59,060 nt of DNA from an uncultured Deferribacteres bacterium (GCA_964014485.1 CAXHAT010000017.1:1-59060), one strand, 5' to 3'; shown: positions 40,762 to 51,725, numbered from the stretch's first letter. Made by a program: numbers and translations. Notes: generated by a model from the letters alone, not told the origin.

Positions 40762-41922
40762 CTATAAAAACTCCGCGCAAACTCTGTCGCAGAGCAAAAG
40801 GCCTTCGCGGGTGAGTTGAAGTTGATCTTGGGTAAATTTGAGCAGCGGCGCTGGAGCGTTGATCAGTCGTTTTATCTGCGGGGCGTAGTCTTCGAGAAAA
40901 TTGGCGGAAAACTTTTCATCAAACTCAGGAATATTGACGCCGATATTCCGTCTCAAACCGAGAAAAATTACTTCGAAACGATTCTGCTTTTCGGTGAGAA
41001 CTTCTTCGTTTTTGATTGGCAGCGCGCCTTTTTTCAGCTTGTCGATATAATGCACGTAATTGTCGATATTCCAAAAACGACGCTTGCCGTCGAAGGAATG
41101 GGCCGAAGCGCCAAGCCCGAGGTAATGGCTGCCGTCCCAATATTTCGTGTTGTGCCGACTCTCGGAGCCCGGTCGCGCGAAATTCGAGACTTCGTACTGC
41201 TCGTACCCGTTTCGCGCCAGAAAATCGATGGTAAAATTATAGACCGGCCTTTCTTGCCGTTCCGTCAATGGCTTGACTTTTCCAGCTTTCAATAATTTGA
41301 AAAGCGGCGTACCGTCTTCAATTGTCAGATTATAAGCGGAAATATGGTTTGGCTTGAGCCCGACGGCTTGTTCTAAATTGTGTTTCCATCGCGAAGGTTT
41401 TTGGCCGGGCAGGGCGAAAATCAAATCGATAGATATATTTTCGAACTCTGCGTCACGTGCATCAGCAACGCTGCGGTGAATATCGTCAACCGAGTGTTCA
41501 CGGTCAACTTGCTGCAGCTCGTCCGGCCAGAATGACTGCACGCCGAGACTGACACGATTAACTCCGGCGCGGCGATAGCCTTGCATCGTTTCTCGCGTTG
41601 TCGTGCCCGGATTCATTTCCATCGTTATTTCCGCATCGCTGGAAATCTGAAAAGACCGTTTCGCAGCGGTCAGAATTTTATCGATCTGCTCAGCCCGCAA
41701 AAGCGACGGCGTCCCCCCGCCGAAAAATATCGTTGAAAAAGTGCGTTCTTGCCAATGATGATTGTCAGCGTACAGCTTGATTTCTTGCAGAAGAGCTTCA
41801 ACGTAGGAAGGAATGGCGTTGCTTCGTTTGGCAACCGTATAAAAATCGCAATACGAGCAACGCTTTTCGCAAAAAGGAATGTGAAAGTAAAGCGCGGATT
41901 CTTGACTGGCAGACTGAGTCAT
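40762..41922 (-). CDS. hemW: Radical SAM heme chaperone HemW
   Basis: LYFHIPFCEKRCSYCDF, FGGGTPS, YEVSNFA, HNTKYW; follows lepA-lepB. Confidence 0.93.
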   Translation of the reverse strand: MTQSASQESALYFHIPFCEKRCSYCDFYTVAKRSNAIPSYVEALLQEIKLYADNHHWQERTFSTIFFGGGTPSLLRAEQIDKILTAAKRSFQISSDAEITMEMNPGTTTRETMQGYRRAGVNRVSLGVQSFWPDELQQVDREHSVDDIHRSVADARDAEFENISIDLIFALPGQKPSRWKHNLEQAVGLKPNHISAYNLTIEDGTPLFKLLKAGKVKPLTERQERPVYNFTIDFLARNGYEQYEVSNFARPGSESRHNTKYWDGSHYLGLGASAHSFDGKRRFWNIDNYVHYIDKLKKGALPIKNEEVLTEKQNRFEVIFLGLRRNIGVNIPEFDEKFSANFLEDYAPQIKRLINAPAPLLKFTQDQLQLTREGLLLCDRVCAEFL

Positions 41923-41947
41923 TGAAAATTAAGATCGTGAACGACAA

Positions 41948-42898
41948 TCATCGAATTGGGTTGGCCAAGCGGCCCCAGCGAATTTTTTTGTGCAGTTCCC
42001 AAAGCTCCGGCCCCTTGTCCCATGACCAATAAATGATCAAGGCTTCCCCAACGACATTTTCGCGCGGCAGCAGTCCCCACTCGCGGCTGTCTGAGCTGTT
42101 ATCCCGATTGTCGCCCATCATGAAATAATAATCTTGAGAGAAGGTGAACTCAGTAGCGGGCTGGCCGTCCACCAGCACGGCGCCGCCGCTCATCGACAAC
42201 GTACGTCCTTCACGCTTGGTTATAAGCCGCTGATATTTTCTTACGTTTTCCGGCGTGAGCTCAATTGTGTCGCCTTCGCGCGGAACATATACTTTCGCAA
42301 AACTTTTATTGGCAAAGCGCTTGTCTTTGAAAGTGCGGATTTGATAGGTCTGCCCGCCGTCACGGGTGATTTTGTAGTAGTCGCAAAACGCTCCGTCCCC
42401 CGGATCATATTTTCCCAAATTCGGCAAAGGCTCTTTCTTTCCTTCAGGTTTGCCGTCCACGAAAACATTGCCGTCGATCATTTCAATCGTTTGTCCCGGC
42501 CCGGCGATGCATCTCTTGATGTAATCCTGTGTAGGATCGTCGGGGAATTTGAAAACGACAATTTCTCCCGGCTCGGGATTTTTAAAGGCGGGAAGTCTCA
42601 GGTAAGGCAAGAGAATGTCTGTAAAAGGAATTGAATCCGGCGTTCGGGCGCCATAAATGAATTTGTTCACGAGAAGAAAATCGCCGACAAGCAACGTGTC
42701 TTTCATGGAGCCCGTCGGAATGCGAAAAGCTTGTACGACGAATGTACGGAGAATCAATGCAAAAAAGAGCGCAACGAGAATCGCTTCACTGAATTCGCGT
42801 ACTTGACTTTTGGACTGCGCTTTCTTGCCTGATGCGATTGGCTTGGCGTTAAATCGCTTATTCTTTTTAGATTTTTTATCTTTGGTCAAGGTTGACAT
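41948..42898 (-). CDS. lepB: Signal peptidase I
   Basis: IPTGSM, GDFLLVNK, YIKRC, GDNRDNSSDSR. Confidence 0.96.
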   Translation of the reverse strand: MSTLTKDKKSKKNKRFNAKPIASGKKAQSKSQVREFSEAILVALFFALILRTFVVQAFRIPTGSMKDTLLVGDFLLVNKFIYGARTPDSIPFTDILLPYLRLPAFKNPEPGEIVVFKFPDDPTQDYIKRCIAGPGQTIEMIDGNVFVDGKPEGKKEPLPNLGKYDPGDGAFCDYYKITRDGGQTYQIRTFKDKRFANKSFAKVYVPREGDTIELTPENVRKYQRLITKREGRTLSMSGGAVLVDGQPATEFTFSQDYYFMMGDNRDNSSDSREWGLLPRENVVGEALIIYWSWDKGPELWELHKKIRWGRLANPIR

Positions 42899-42901
42899 CC
42901 A

Positions 42902-44698
42902 TTACTCCACTTTAAGCACCGCAAGAAAAGCTTCCTGAGGAATTTCTACACTCCCCAACTGCTTCATGCGTTTCTTGCCTTCTTTTTGTTTTTCCAACAA
43001 CTTGCGTTTTCTCGAAATATCCCCGCCATAACACTTCGCTGTCACATTCTTGCGCATCGCTCGAACGGTTTCGCGTGAAATAATCTTTGAGCCAATCGCG
43101 GCCTGGATGGCAACTTCAAACATTTGGCGCGGAATCAAATCTTTCAGCTTCTCACAAATTTTTCGCCCCCACTCATAAGCCTTATCTTCATGGACGATGT
43201 GAGAGAGCGCATCGACTTTATCGCCGTTAATTAAAATATCCAATTTCGAAAGCTTTCCTGGGCGGAACTCGAGAAACTCATAATCAAAAGAGGCATAGCC
43301 GCGCGTCATGCTCTTCAATTTATCGTAGAAATCAAAAATGGTTTCATTGAGAGGGAATTCATAGGTCAAATCGGCGCGCGTAGGATCAAGATACGTAGTG
43401 TTTTTATAAATGCCGCGACGGTCTTGCGCCAACTTCATAATATTGCCGATATATTCGTTCGGCACGATGATTTGAGCTGTGATATACGGTTCTTCAACCT
43501 TGTCAATTTCGCCGCGTCCAGGCAAGTCGGACGGATTATCTATCGAAACAATTTGTCCGTCTTTTTTCTCGACAATGTACTGCACGTTTGGCATCGTGGT
43601 CAAAATATCAAGGCCGTATTCTCTCTCGACTCTTTCTTGCACAATTTCCATGTGTAGCAAGCCGAGAAACCCGACGCGAAAACCAAAGCCTAACGCAATT
43701 GAGTTTTCAGGTTCATAGACCAGTGATGCGTCATTCAAACGCAGCTTTTCCAAGGCTGTTCGCAGTTCCTCATAATCTTCATTATTCGTCGGAAACATCC
43801 CCGCGAAAACCATCGGCTTGACTTCGCGATAGCCGGGAAGCGGCTCTTCCGCTGACTGTTTTGCATCCGTGATCGTGTCGCCGACGCGCGTTTCCTGAAC
43901 GTCTTTGATGCTTGCAATACAATAGCCGACTTCGCCGGCTTTGAGAACGTCTTGCGGCACTTTTTTCAGACGCAGAAGCCCGACCTCGGTCACCTCGTGT
44001 ATGCGACCTGTGGTAAAAAATTTAATTCTCTGCCCTTTTCGCAGTTCGCCTTCTACTACCCGCACATAGGCGATTGCGCCGCGGTAAGCATCATACATTG
44101 AGTCAAAAATAAGTGCGCGCAAACGTTTATTTCGTTCACCGCCAGGCGCGGGCGTACGCTCAATCACGGCGTCGAGAATTTCCTTAACGCCTGTCCCCGC
44201 TTTGGCGCTTGCCAGCAAAATCTCCGACTCATCACAACCGATGAGTTCGATGATTTGCGTCTTGACGGCGTCAATTTCCGCGCCGGGAAGGTCAATTTTG
44301 TTGATCACGGGAATGATGACCAGGTCGTGCTCGATGGCTTGGTAAAGATTGCTGATCGTTTGCGCTTCAATGCCCTGGGAAGCGTCGACCACAAGTATCG
44401 CACCTTCGCAGGCGGCCAAGCTTCGTGATACTTCATAAGCAAAATCAACGTGCCCCGGCGTGTCGATTAGATTGAGCGTGTAGTGATTGCCATTGTCTGC
44501 GGCGTACTGCATCGTAATCGCGTGCGCCTTAATGGTGATGCCTCGCTCACGTTCCAGGTCCATGTCATCTAGAACCTGATCCATCATTTCATTTTGGGAA
44601 ACAGTGCCCGTCACTTCGAGCAGGCGATCGGCAAGAGTCGACTTACCGTGATCGATATGAGCAATAATGCAGAAATTGCGGGTATTTTCAGAAGTCAT
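42902..44698 (-). CDS. lepA: Translation elongation factor 4
   Basis: [49 protein letters not shown]. Confidence 0.99.
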   Translation of the reverse strand: MTSENTRNFCIIAHIDHGKSTLADRLLEVTGTVSQNEMMDQVLDDMDLERERGITIKAHAITMQYAADNGNHYTLNLIDTPGHVDFAYEVSRSLAACEGAILVVDASQGIEAQTISNLYQAIEHDLVIIPVINKIDLPGAEIDAVKTQIIELIGCDESEILLASAKAGTGVKEILDAVIERTPAPGGERNKRLRALIFDSMYDAYRGAIAYVRVVEGELRKGQRIKFFTTGRIHEVTEVGLLRLKKVPQDVLKAGEVGYCIASIKDVQETRVGDTITDAKQSAEEPLPGYREVKPMVFAGMFPTNNEDYEELRTALEKLRLNDASLVYEPENSIALGFGFRVGFLGLLHMEIVQERVEREYGLDILTTMPNVQYIVEKKDGQIVSIDNPSDLPGRGEIDKVEEPYITAQIIVPNEYIGNIMKLAQDRRGIYKNTTYLDPTRADLTYEFPLNETIFDFYDKLKSMTRGYASFDYEFLEFRPGKLSKLDILINGDKVDALSHIVHEDKAYEWGRKICEKLKDLIPRQMFEVAIQAAIGSKIISRETVRAMRKNVTAKCYGGDISRKRKLLEKQKEGKKRMKQLGSVEIPQEAFLAVLKVE

Positions 44699-44941
44699 AA
44701 AATCTATATTGAAAACGTAATTCGAATCGAAATTTAAACAAAAAATTGAGTTGTCGTTCTATTGCAAAACAAGCCGAGACGGCATTTTGACGAAAAAGCC
44801 GAATATATGGATTTCCATAGGGTTAAGCAATAAAAAACAAAGACGCAGACGCGATTCAATCGGGCGTTTTCCGAAGCGTTTTTCACAAGCAGGTAAGCCT
44901 GAAAATCAGCGCCGCACAAATGGCCGCCCAGCCCAAGTTTC

Positions 44942-44970
44942 TTGACATACCTTATGGTTTTTGCTATACT
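44942..44970 (+). promoter_or_regulatory. Sigma70-type promoter
   Basis: TTGACA-17 bp-TATACT, 64 bp upstream of the symporter start. Confidence 0.8.
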
Positions 44971-45034
44971 TCCGCCGCTTTTTGGTTCTAAAAAAACTTG
45001 TTAGCACTCCAAACGAACGAAGAGGATTGGTTCT

Positions 45035-46468
45035 ATGTGGGAAGCGTTTCAAAAATGGGTTCCGATTATTGCCGACGATTATATGTGGGGCTGGGGGCCG
45101 GAATTTCTCGGCGGCATTCCGCTTATGGTGATTCTTCTGCTAGGCACCGGCGTCGCACTGACGCTTTTCACGGGCTTCATTCAAATACGAAAATTTCGTT
45201 CCGCTTCTTCGCTTGTTTTGAGCGGCGCTTTCAAAAAGGACGATTCTTCGAAAGAGAAAGGTGATATTACACCCTACCAGGCGTTGATGACCGCGCTGTC
45301 GGCAACCGTCGGCAACGGGAATATTGCAGGCGTTGCCAGCGCAATCGCTCTTGGCGGGCCAGGCGCTGCATTCTGGATGTGGATCACCGCGGTTTTCGGC
45401 ATGGCGACAAAATATGCCGAAGCCGTGCTCGGCGTTAAGTACCGAAAAGTGGCTGAAGACGGAAGCATGTCCGGCGGCCCGATGTATTATTGCGAGTACG
45501 GAATTGGCGGCAAACTTGGCAAAGGCCTTGGCATTTTCTTCGCTGTTTGCGGAACCATCGCTTGCCTGGTTGGAACAGGCAATATGTTCCAAACAAATTC
45601 GATCGCTGTTGCGGTCAATCAGCAATTCAGCATTCCGCAATGGATCACCGGCGCAGTCGTCGCGACGCTTGTTGGTCTCGTCATTATTGGCGGCGTCAAG
45701 CGCATCGCTCAGGTTGCTGAAAAGCTGGTTCCTTCCATGATTGTCATGTATTTTGTCGGCGCACTGTTTATTATCATCTGGAAAATCGCTGACGTTCCGG
45801 CTGCAATAGCCCTAATTTTTGAATCGGCGTTTTCCCCGCAAGCAGCGCTGGGCGGGGCGGTTGGAATTGGAATTCAGCAAGCGATTAGATTTGGTGTTGC
45901 TCGAGGCATTTTGAGTAACGAATCTGGTTTGGGAAGCGCGCCAATCGCCCACGGCGCCGCTAAAACCAAAGACCCGGTCAAGCAAGGGCAGATTGCCATG
46001 ATGGGAACGTTTATTGACACTATCATCGTTTGTTCTCTCACTGCAATCGTCATCACTGTCACCGGCGCTTACAAGATGAGTTCTCTTTATATTAGCGATC
46101 CCGATCAAGCTCTGCAAAGCATCGATATTACGATGCACGCCTTTAACACCGTTTTGCCCGGCGGCAGCACGATAATCGTTATTGGGTCATTGCTATTCGG
46201 AATTACCACTCTTCTGGGCTGGTGTTATTACGGTGAAAAATGCGTCGAATACCTTGCTGGCGTAAAGACCAAAACCGCTTATCGGTGGACTTTCATTTTG
46301 CTCATGTTTCTCGGCGCCTTGCCTACTGCTGACGGTATCGCGACCGTTGTCAAAATCGGCGACATCGGCAACGCCTTAATGGCCGCGCCAAATTTAATCG
46401 CGTTACTCCTGTTGTCGCGAGAGGTGGGACGGATCACCAAAGAATATCTCGCTAAGAAAAACGGGTAA
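45035..46468 (+). CDS. Sodium:alanine/glycine symporter (AGCS family)
   Basis: ATVGNGNIAGV, GGPGAAFWMW, GGPMYY, RGILSNESGLGS, FIDTIIVC. Confidence 0.95.
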   Translation: MWEAFQKWVPIIADDYMWGWGPEFLGGIPLMVILLLGTGVALTLFTGFIQIRKFRSASSLVLSGAFKKDDSSKEKGDITPYQALMTALSATVGNGNIAGVASAIALGGPGAAFWMWITAVFGMATKYAEAVLGVKYRKVAEDGSMSGGPMYYCEYGIGGKLGKGLGIFFAVCGTIACLVGTGNMFQTNSIAVAVNQQFSIPQWITGAVVATLVGLVIIGGVKRIAQVAEKLVPSMIVMYFVGALFIIIWKIADVPAAIALIFESAFSPQAALGGAVGIGIQQAIRFGVARGILSNESGLGSAPIAHGAAKTKDPVKQGQIAMMGTFIDTIIVCSLTAIVITVTGAYKMSSLYISDPDQALQSIDITMHAFNTVLPGGSTIIVIGSLLFGITTLLGWCYYGEKCVEYLAGVKTKTAYRWTFILLMFLGALPTADGIATVVKIGDIGNALMAAPNLIALLLLSREVGRITKEYLAKKNG

Positions 46469-46561
46469 GAGAAATTGGAGTGTTGGAATGGTGGAATTCT
46501 ATAGTCTTTCGATGAATCTCCAGGTTGTAGAATCCAACAATCCAGCACTCCAATAATTCTC
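46469..46561. repeat. Inverted pair of 8-nt periodic tracts forming a long hairpin
   Basis: ATTGGAGTGTTGGAATGGTGGAATTCTA ... TAGAATCCAACAATCCAGCACTCCAAT. Confidence 0.7.
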
Positions 46562-46604
46562 ACTTCAAACTTATGACGGCCTACAACCGGGCGACTCACC
46601 TGAA

Positions 46605-47234
46605 ATGCGAAAAATCTCTAAATTCTTCTTCACTCGTCTTCAATACACTTCCGGCAACTGGAACACCGACCAGCGGATGCCCTCGAATCTGCTAAACTCA
46701 CTCATCGAATACACCACCATCGAAGTCGACGAACGCGAGCGGATTATCCCGCTTGGCGATAAATCGATGCTTCATTCGCCGTTTTGTTATTTGTCCGGCC
46801 ACAAGCTAGTCCAATTCAACGCGCAAGAACGTGAGAATTTTGAGACGTATGTCCGCAACGGCGGTTTTGTCTTCGTCGATGATTGCAACCATGATATTGA
46901 CGGGCTTTTCGCGCGGTCTTTTGAGCGGCAAATGAAGGAAATTTTTGGCGAGCAGGCGCTGCAAAAGCTCCCCAACGATCACGAGATTTACAGCGCTTTT
47001 TTCGAATTTGAAAACGGGCCGCCGACAACGTCATTTGAACTCAACGGCTGGGGCGACGACCTCGTGCACGACTATCTGAAAGCGATCGAAATCGACGGCA
47101 GGATTGGCGTTCTTTACAGCAACAAGGACTACGGCTGCGAGTGGGATTACGATTATAGAAACAAACGTTGGCTCAGCGTTGACAACACTCGCTTCGGCGT
47201 AAATATTGTCGTTTACGCCATGACGGCCATTTGA
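46605..47234 (+). CDS. DUF4159 family protein
   Basis: FFFTRLQY.SGNW, NGGFVFVDDCNH, YSNKDYGCEW, FGVNIVVYAM. Confidence 0.85.
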   Translation: MRKISKFFFTRLQYTSGNWNTDQRMPSNLLNSLIEYTTIEVDERERIIPLGDKSMLHSPFCYLSGHKLVQFNAQERENFETYVRNGGFVFVDDCNHDIDGLFARSFERQMKEIFGEQALQKLPNDHEIYSAFFEFENGPPTTSFELNGWGDDLVHDYLKAIEIDGRIGVLYSNKDYGCEWDYDYRNKRWLSVDNTRFGVNIVVYAMTAI

Positions 47235-47237
47235 AAC

Positions 47238-49070
47238 TTATTCCGTTTTTTGCTTATCCGCTTCCTGCGCCGCAAGACGCTTCACGGCGGCTTCAACTTC
47301 AGCGGCTTTTGAACTTGGCGGCAGCGGCTCGCCGTAAGTAATTGTGACTGGATAGGGAATTCGTTTCGGCCATTTCCACAACACTTTTCCGCCCTCAAAA
47401 CTGAAAATACTTCCCCAAACATTCTCCATATAAATCGGGATAATCGGCGCAGTCTGTCCTTCCATGACCGTTTCCAATCCAGAGCGAAATTCCTGCAATT
47501 CACCGTCGCGCGTAATGCCGCCTTCCGGAAAAATGCAAACGACATGACCTTCGGCGAGCTTTGCTCTCGCTGTTGCAAGACTCTTCGCGACCGATGCTCT
47601 CCCTTCTTTTGGAGCAATCGGAATCGCATCCATAATTTTGAAAAACCAACGCACCCCCGGAACATCATAAAAATCCTTGATCATAATAAAGCGCACGAAT
47701 CGCTGGATCGTCGCACCAATCAAAAAAGCGTCGGCGTAGGAAGCGTGATTTGGGGCGAGTAAAGCCGGCCCTTTAAGCGGCACGTTTTCCGCACCGTTGA
47801 TTCGAATTTTATAAAACGTGTGCGTCAAAAGCCAAAAACAGAATCGGATAAAGTACTCTGGAATTACGGTGCAAATGTAGATCACGGCGCCAATCGTGAG
47901 CAAGCCGATGATGAGATAAATGTCATCGGCGGAAAGGTCGAGGAAAACGGCCAGCAGCCAATAAACGCCGCTGCCCATAACCAGGAAAATACCGTTCAAA
48001 ATCCCGGCGGAAGCCATAACGCGACCCTTTTCGTGCTCTCCTGCGACGAACTGCAAGTAAGCGTAAAGGGGTACAATAAACAGCCCCCCCGCTACTCCGG
48101 CCACCGTTAAAATAATCGCGGAAACAACGTAACTTGAAGTTGTGAAAAACAAAGCAATCCCGCCAAGCGCCATGCCCATTCCGCCAAGAGGGACAAGTCC
48201 CAGCTCGACTTTCTGCCCAGACCACCGACTGGCAAGCATTGACCCTGAGCCGATGCCAACGCCCAAAAAGGCAGGCAGCAGCGAGATCAAAATAGCTTGA
48301 TCCTCGCCCAGCCCGATTTGGTTCTTGCCATAAAGTACAATATTTGTTGAAAAGATGAGCCCGAGCTGCCAAAAATAACTGTTCGCAAGACTTGCGAGCC
48401 AGACGCCTTTTCTCCGCCTCAAAAAATTCAAATCGCGAACAATCCCGGTAAGCGGATTCCAGGGAAAAGACTCTTCCGCTCCTTTCGCCGTGGTGACCGG
48501 CATTCGAAATGAAGTCAGAGTTCCAATAACAGCGAACCCGATACAAAAAAATGCGACATAAAACGCATTATTGTCAAAAACGCTCAGCAAAGGGCCGACA
48601 ATCGCCGTGCCGAAAATGACGGAAACAAAAGTTGTCATTTCTATCCAGCTATTCGCCTTCGTGATCGATTCAGGATCGCAGATTTCAGGGACGTAGCCGT
48701 ATTTCGCCGGTGAAAAAAACGTACTCTGGGTAGCCATGAGAAAAAGGATAAAAAGCAGAAACCAGATATTGCCGCTGAAAAAAGCGACGACTCCCAACGC
48801 CATGACGCCGATCTCGAAGAATTTGATCTTCCGCATCAAAATGTGCTTCGCATGCTTGTCGGCAAAATATCCGGACCAAGGTCCGAAAAGCATAAAAGGA
48901 ACAGTAAAAACGAGGTTGGCAGTGGCGATGATCGATTTTGACTCGGCCTCAGTAAGTTGCAAAACCACGAAAAGTTGCAGCAACATTTTGAAGACGTTAT
49001 CATTAAAAGCGCCGAGCCCTTGAGTGAGAATAAAAGCGTGGAATCGTTTCGGGAGCGAGTGTTCCGCCAT
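47238..49070 (-). CDS. LplT-like MFS transporter fused to a PlsC-type acyltransferase (Aas-like, no AMP-binding domain)
   Basis: TQGLGAFNDNVFK, FSPAKYG; NHASYAD, IFPEGGIT. Confidence 0.9.
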   Translation of the reverse strand: MAEHSLPKRFHAFILTQGLGAFNDNVFKMLLQLFVVLQLTEAESKSIIATANLVFTVPFMLFGPWSGYFADKHAKHILMRKIKFFEIGVMALGVVAFFSGNIWFLLFILFLMATQSTFFSPAKYGYVPEICDPESITKANSWIEMTTFVSVIFGTAIVGPLLSVFDNNAFYVAFFCIGFAVIGTLTSFRMPVTTAKGAEESFPWNPLTGIVRDLNFLRRRKGVWLASLANSYFWQLGLIFSTNIVLYGKNQIGLGEDQAILISLLPAFLGVGIGSGSMLASRWSGQKVELGLVPLGGMGMALGGIALFFTTSSYVVSAIILTVAGVAGGLFIVPLYAYLQFVAGEHEKGRVMASAGILNGIFLVMGSGVYWLLAVFLDLSADDIYLIIGLLTIGAVIYICTVIPEYFIRFCFWLLTHTFYKIRINGAENVPLKGPALLAPNHASYADAFLIGATIQRFVRFIMIKDFYDVPGVRWFFKIMDAIPIAPKEGRASVAKSLATARAKLAEGHVVCIFPEGGITRDGELQEFRSGLETVMEGQTAPIIPIYMENVWGSIFSFEGGKVLWKWPKRIPYPVTITYGEPLPPSSKAAEVEAAVKRLAAQEADKQKTE

Positions 49071-49078
49071 GCGCAGAC

Positions 49079-50134
49079 CTAAGTTAATCCTTGGCAAATT
49101 TCATGGTGTATGACAAATATTCGGCTAATGTAAGTCGCTGTTTCATCGAAGTTTGGGACTCGGCCGTACGGTTTGTATATTCCTCTGGCTATCGTGCGAC
49201 TCAGCCCGGCGTTATAGCCCGCAGCAGCAGCGAGAATGTTTCCGTTTCTCGCTCGTAGCGCGCGTGCAATCATCAAGACCATCCCGTAGACCGGCTTTTT
49301 GTAGGTAAATCGCTCATCGAATTTCAAAATAAACTCAAGGTCGTTGCGATTGAAAATATCCCGGCCTTCGATGTTCTTTCTTAAGAAATCACGATACGCG
49401 TTTCTTGCCGCTGAGATTTGGTCGTCGTAAGCCACAAGTTCCTGTTTGAAAGCAATATTCTGTTGCGCCGCCGTTTTCAAAGCTATTGCGTTTCCTTTTG
49501 CCACAGCTTCCAATAACTCATCGAGCGTGAGCATTTTCGACGGCTGATTGTTCCGACGAAATCTTCGCTTCGCGCGACGCTGCCTTTGATACTCGCCTTC
49601 CTGCGCGGCGTTTCCCGGCAGCTTAAACGGCGCACGAAGGTGTGTGGCGGCGTCTCCGCCGCATAGCATGTCATACTCTCGCGCCGTCGCGTTAACAAAC
49701 TGACAAATACCGGCTGCAAGCGCACTTGATACGGCGAATTCATAGAAATAACTTTCGTGGAGCATTTGCGCCATTATCCACGACGGATCAACCGGGTGGA
49801 TATTGTGGTGCATCTTGACGCCCTTCATCACCCAATAAACGATGTTCGTGACCCTTTTTTCAAAATCGATGGTTTCGTAGGGTCTTCGCCAAATCGGAAC
49901 GCGCTTGCCGCGATAGCTTTTCTCTAAAAAATCCAGAACGGCGCGAGAAAGTTTATGCGGATAATTTGGCGAACGCACGTCGCCATAGGGCGGGTTGTAA
50001 TCTTTTGGAACGATGACGTTGATTGGAGATGAATAATTTGAAGCGCCGGATTTTGCTTGCAACAACGGCGGCAAAGTCGTTAAAGCGGCCGCTCCAAAAA
50101 GAGATTGCACAAACTCCCTCCTGCTGTTCGTCAT
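49079..50134 (-). CDS. Tat-exported lytic transglycosylase (SLT)-like protein
   Basis: SRREFV Tat motif; MLHES, AGICQF, AAAGYNAG, ETATYI; AGGAGG RBS. Confidence 0.78.
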   Translation of the reverse strand: MTNSRREFVQSLFGAAALTTLPPLLQAKSGASNYSSPINVIVPKDYNPPYGDVRSPNYPHKLSRAVLDFLEKSYRGKRVPIWRRPYETIDFEKRVTNIVYWVMKGVKMHHNIHPVDPSWIMAQMLHESYFYEFAVSSALAAGICQFVNATAREYDMLCGGDAATHLRAPFKLPGNAAQEGEYQRQRRAKRRFRRNNQPSKMLTLDELLEAVAKGNAIALKTAAQQNIAFKQELVAYDDQISAARNAYRDFLRKNIEGRDIFNRNDLEFILKFDERFTYKKPVYGMVLMIARALRARNGNILAAAAGYNAGLSRTIARGIYKPYGRVPNFDETATYISRIFVIHHEICQGLT

Positions 50135-50379
50135 CAATTTTCCTCCTAAAATGTTAGGTTAAAGCAAGCGTGATTTTCACGTTGGCAAGCCGCAAACGCC
50201 AAAGAGACGAGCGATTCGAACAAATGCGCGAAAACAATATAATACCGCCGCTTACTTTCGCAAGCCGGAAACGACTTTACCGCTTTCCGCACCGAATTCA
50301 ATTGCAATCTATTCCCATTTCGATAGATTTACGGCTTTTCGCTTGTGACCGAAAATGACGCCGAGCTTTCGTCATTCCG

Positions 50380-50500
50380 GGATTGTCTAAAAACATTGCC
50401 TCTTAGTAGTAAAAGACATCCAACGTGTAGAGGTTCAAGATTTTGAACACCTACGACACGCTGTATTGCGCTCTAACAATATTATGTTTCAAGACAGCTC
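50380..50500. repeat. GTAG-type REP palindrome (50428-50455) inside weak terminal inverted repeats
   Basis: GTAGAGGTTCAAGATTTTGAACACCTAC flanked by GGATTGTCTAAAAACAT and (rc) GAGCTGTCTTGAAACAT (12 of 17 match). Confidence 0.5.
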
Positions 50501-50618
50501 GTTTTGCAATTCTTATGTTTTTGGGCAGTCACTTAAGAATCTAATTTGGAAGCCGCCTAAACGCTCTCACCAAAACAAGATGAGCGTTTCTGTAAGGCAA
50601 CTGCTAAAAGAGAATTTC

Positions 50619-51725
50619 ATGATTCACAATATTCAAAAACTCGCCTCGTGCGTTTTTTGCCTGTTTTTTTTTCTGACATTTCCATCGAATTCCGGCGCTC
50701 ACCAGAGCCAGACAAACTACATCGTGGTAACGGTCAAACCAGACACGCTGCTTTTGACCTTTAAGTTTGACATCACGGATTTGGAACGCGTTTTCGCGCT
50801 GGATACAAACAACGACGGCACCGTTCAGCGGGAAGAGTTGTTGGCGAAAATGCCGGAAATGTTTGCAAAAATTGAGGCGTCGTGCGTTGTCCGGCTCGAC
50901 TATCTCTCGCCTGATTTACAGCGGCAAGAGGGCGGATTCGAAAAAGATCAGTTGGGCAATCTTTTCATCCTCTTCCCTTTCAAAGCTGTTGGAATCGGCG
51001 CCCCGGGCGCGCTAACGATCGGCGTTGACTATTTTGAAGATTTCGGCCCAAGGTTTAGAACGCTCGGGCGCGCTAACTTCGATGACAAAATCGAACAATT
51101 TATCTTATCAGATTTTTCTGACAGCGCAACGCTCGAACTGGACGCGGACGGCGTCAATCCATTCAAACAAATCTACGCATATATTGTGCAGGGAATTTGG
51201 CACATTTTTGAAGGTCCCGACCACATCATGTTTTTGCTTGGACTTTTGCTTCTCGGCGGTCGTTTCGTGGATCTTATAAAAATCGTCACGTCATTTACGG
51301 TTTCGCATAGCGTCACGCTGGTTCTCGCGTCATTGAATATTATCATTCTGCCGGTGTGGCTGGTTGAGTCGGCGATTGCCTTGAGCGTGGTTTATATCGC
51401 AGTTGAAAATTTCTATGTGGAAGGCGTTGAAAAACGGTGGCTTGTGACCGGCTCTTTCGGTTTTATTCACGGTTTTGGTTTCGCCAACGTTTTGGGCGAT
51501 CTTGGTTTGCCGACAAACTACCAGGTCCCAACGCTTTTTGCCTTTAATCTCGGCGTTGAAATTGGGCAAGTTGCTATTGTAGCCGTGATTCTGCCAATCG
51601 TCTGGCTAGTGGCGAAAACGAAATACCACAAATATCTTATTTGGGCGGGATCAGCGATTATTTTGATTTTTGGCGCCACCTGGTTTCTGGAGCGCGCTTT
51701 CGGCTTGCCCGTAAGTTTGATGTAG
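50619..51725 (+). CDS. HupE/UreJ family membrane protein with periplasmic N-terminal domain
   Basis: GIWHIFEGPDHIMF, TSFTVSHSVT, FGFIHGFGFA, FNLGVEIGQ; EF-hand-like DTNNDGTVQREE. Confidence 0.88.
   Translation: MIHNIQKLASCVFCLFFFLTFPSNSGAHQSQTNYIVVTVKPDTLLLTFKFDITDLERVFALDTNNDGTVQREELLAKMPEMFAKIEASCVVRLDYLSPDLQRQEGGFEKDQLGNLFILFPFKAVGIGAPGALTIGVDYFEDFGPRFRTLGRANFDDKIEQFILSDFSDSATLELDADGVNPFKQIYAYIVQGIWHIFEGPDHIMFLLGLLLLGGRFVDLIKIVTSFTVSHSVTLVLASLNIIILPVWLVESAIALSVVYIAVENFYVEGVEKRWLVTGSFGFIHGFGFANVLGDLGLPTNYQVPTLFAFNLGVEIGQVAIVAVILPIVWLVAKTKYHKYLIWAGSAIILIFGATWFLERAFGLPVSLM

Noticed and set aside
44700..45034. Glycine riboswitch before the alanine/glycine symporter
   Set aside because: A consensus promoter lies only 64 bp upstream of the start, leaving no room, and no aptamer motif is seen
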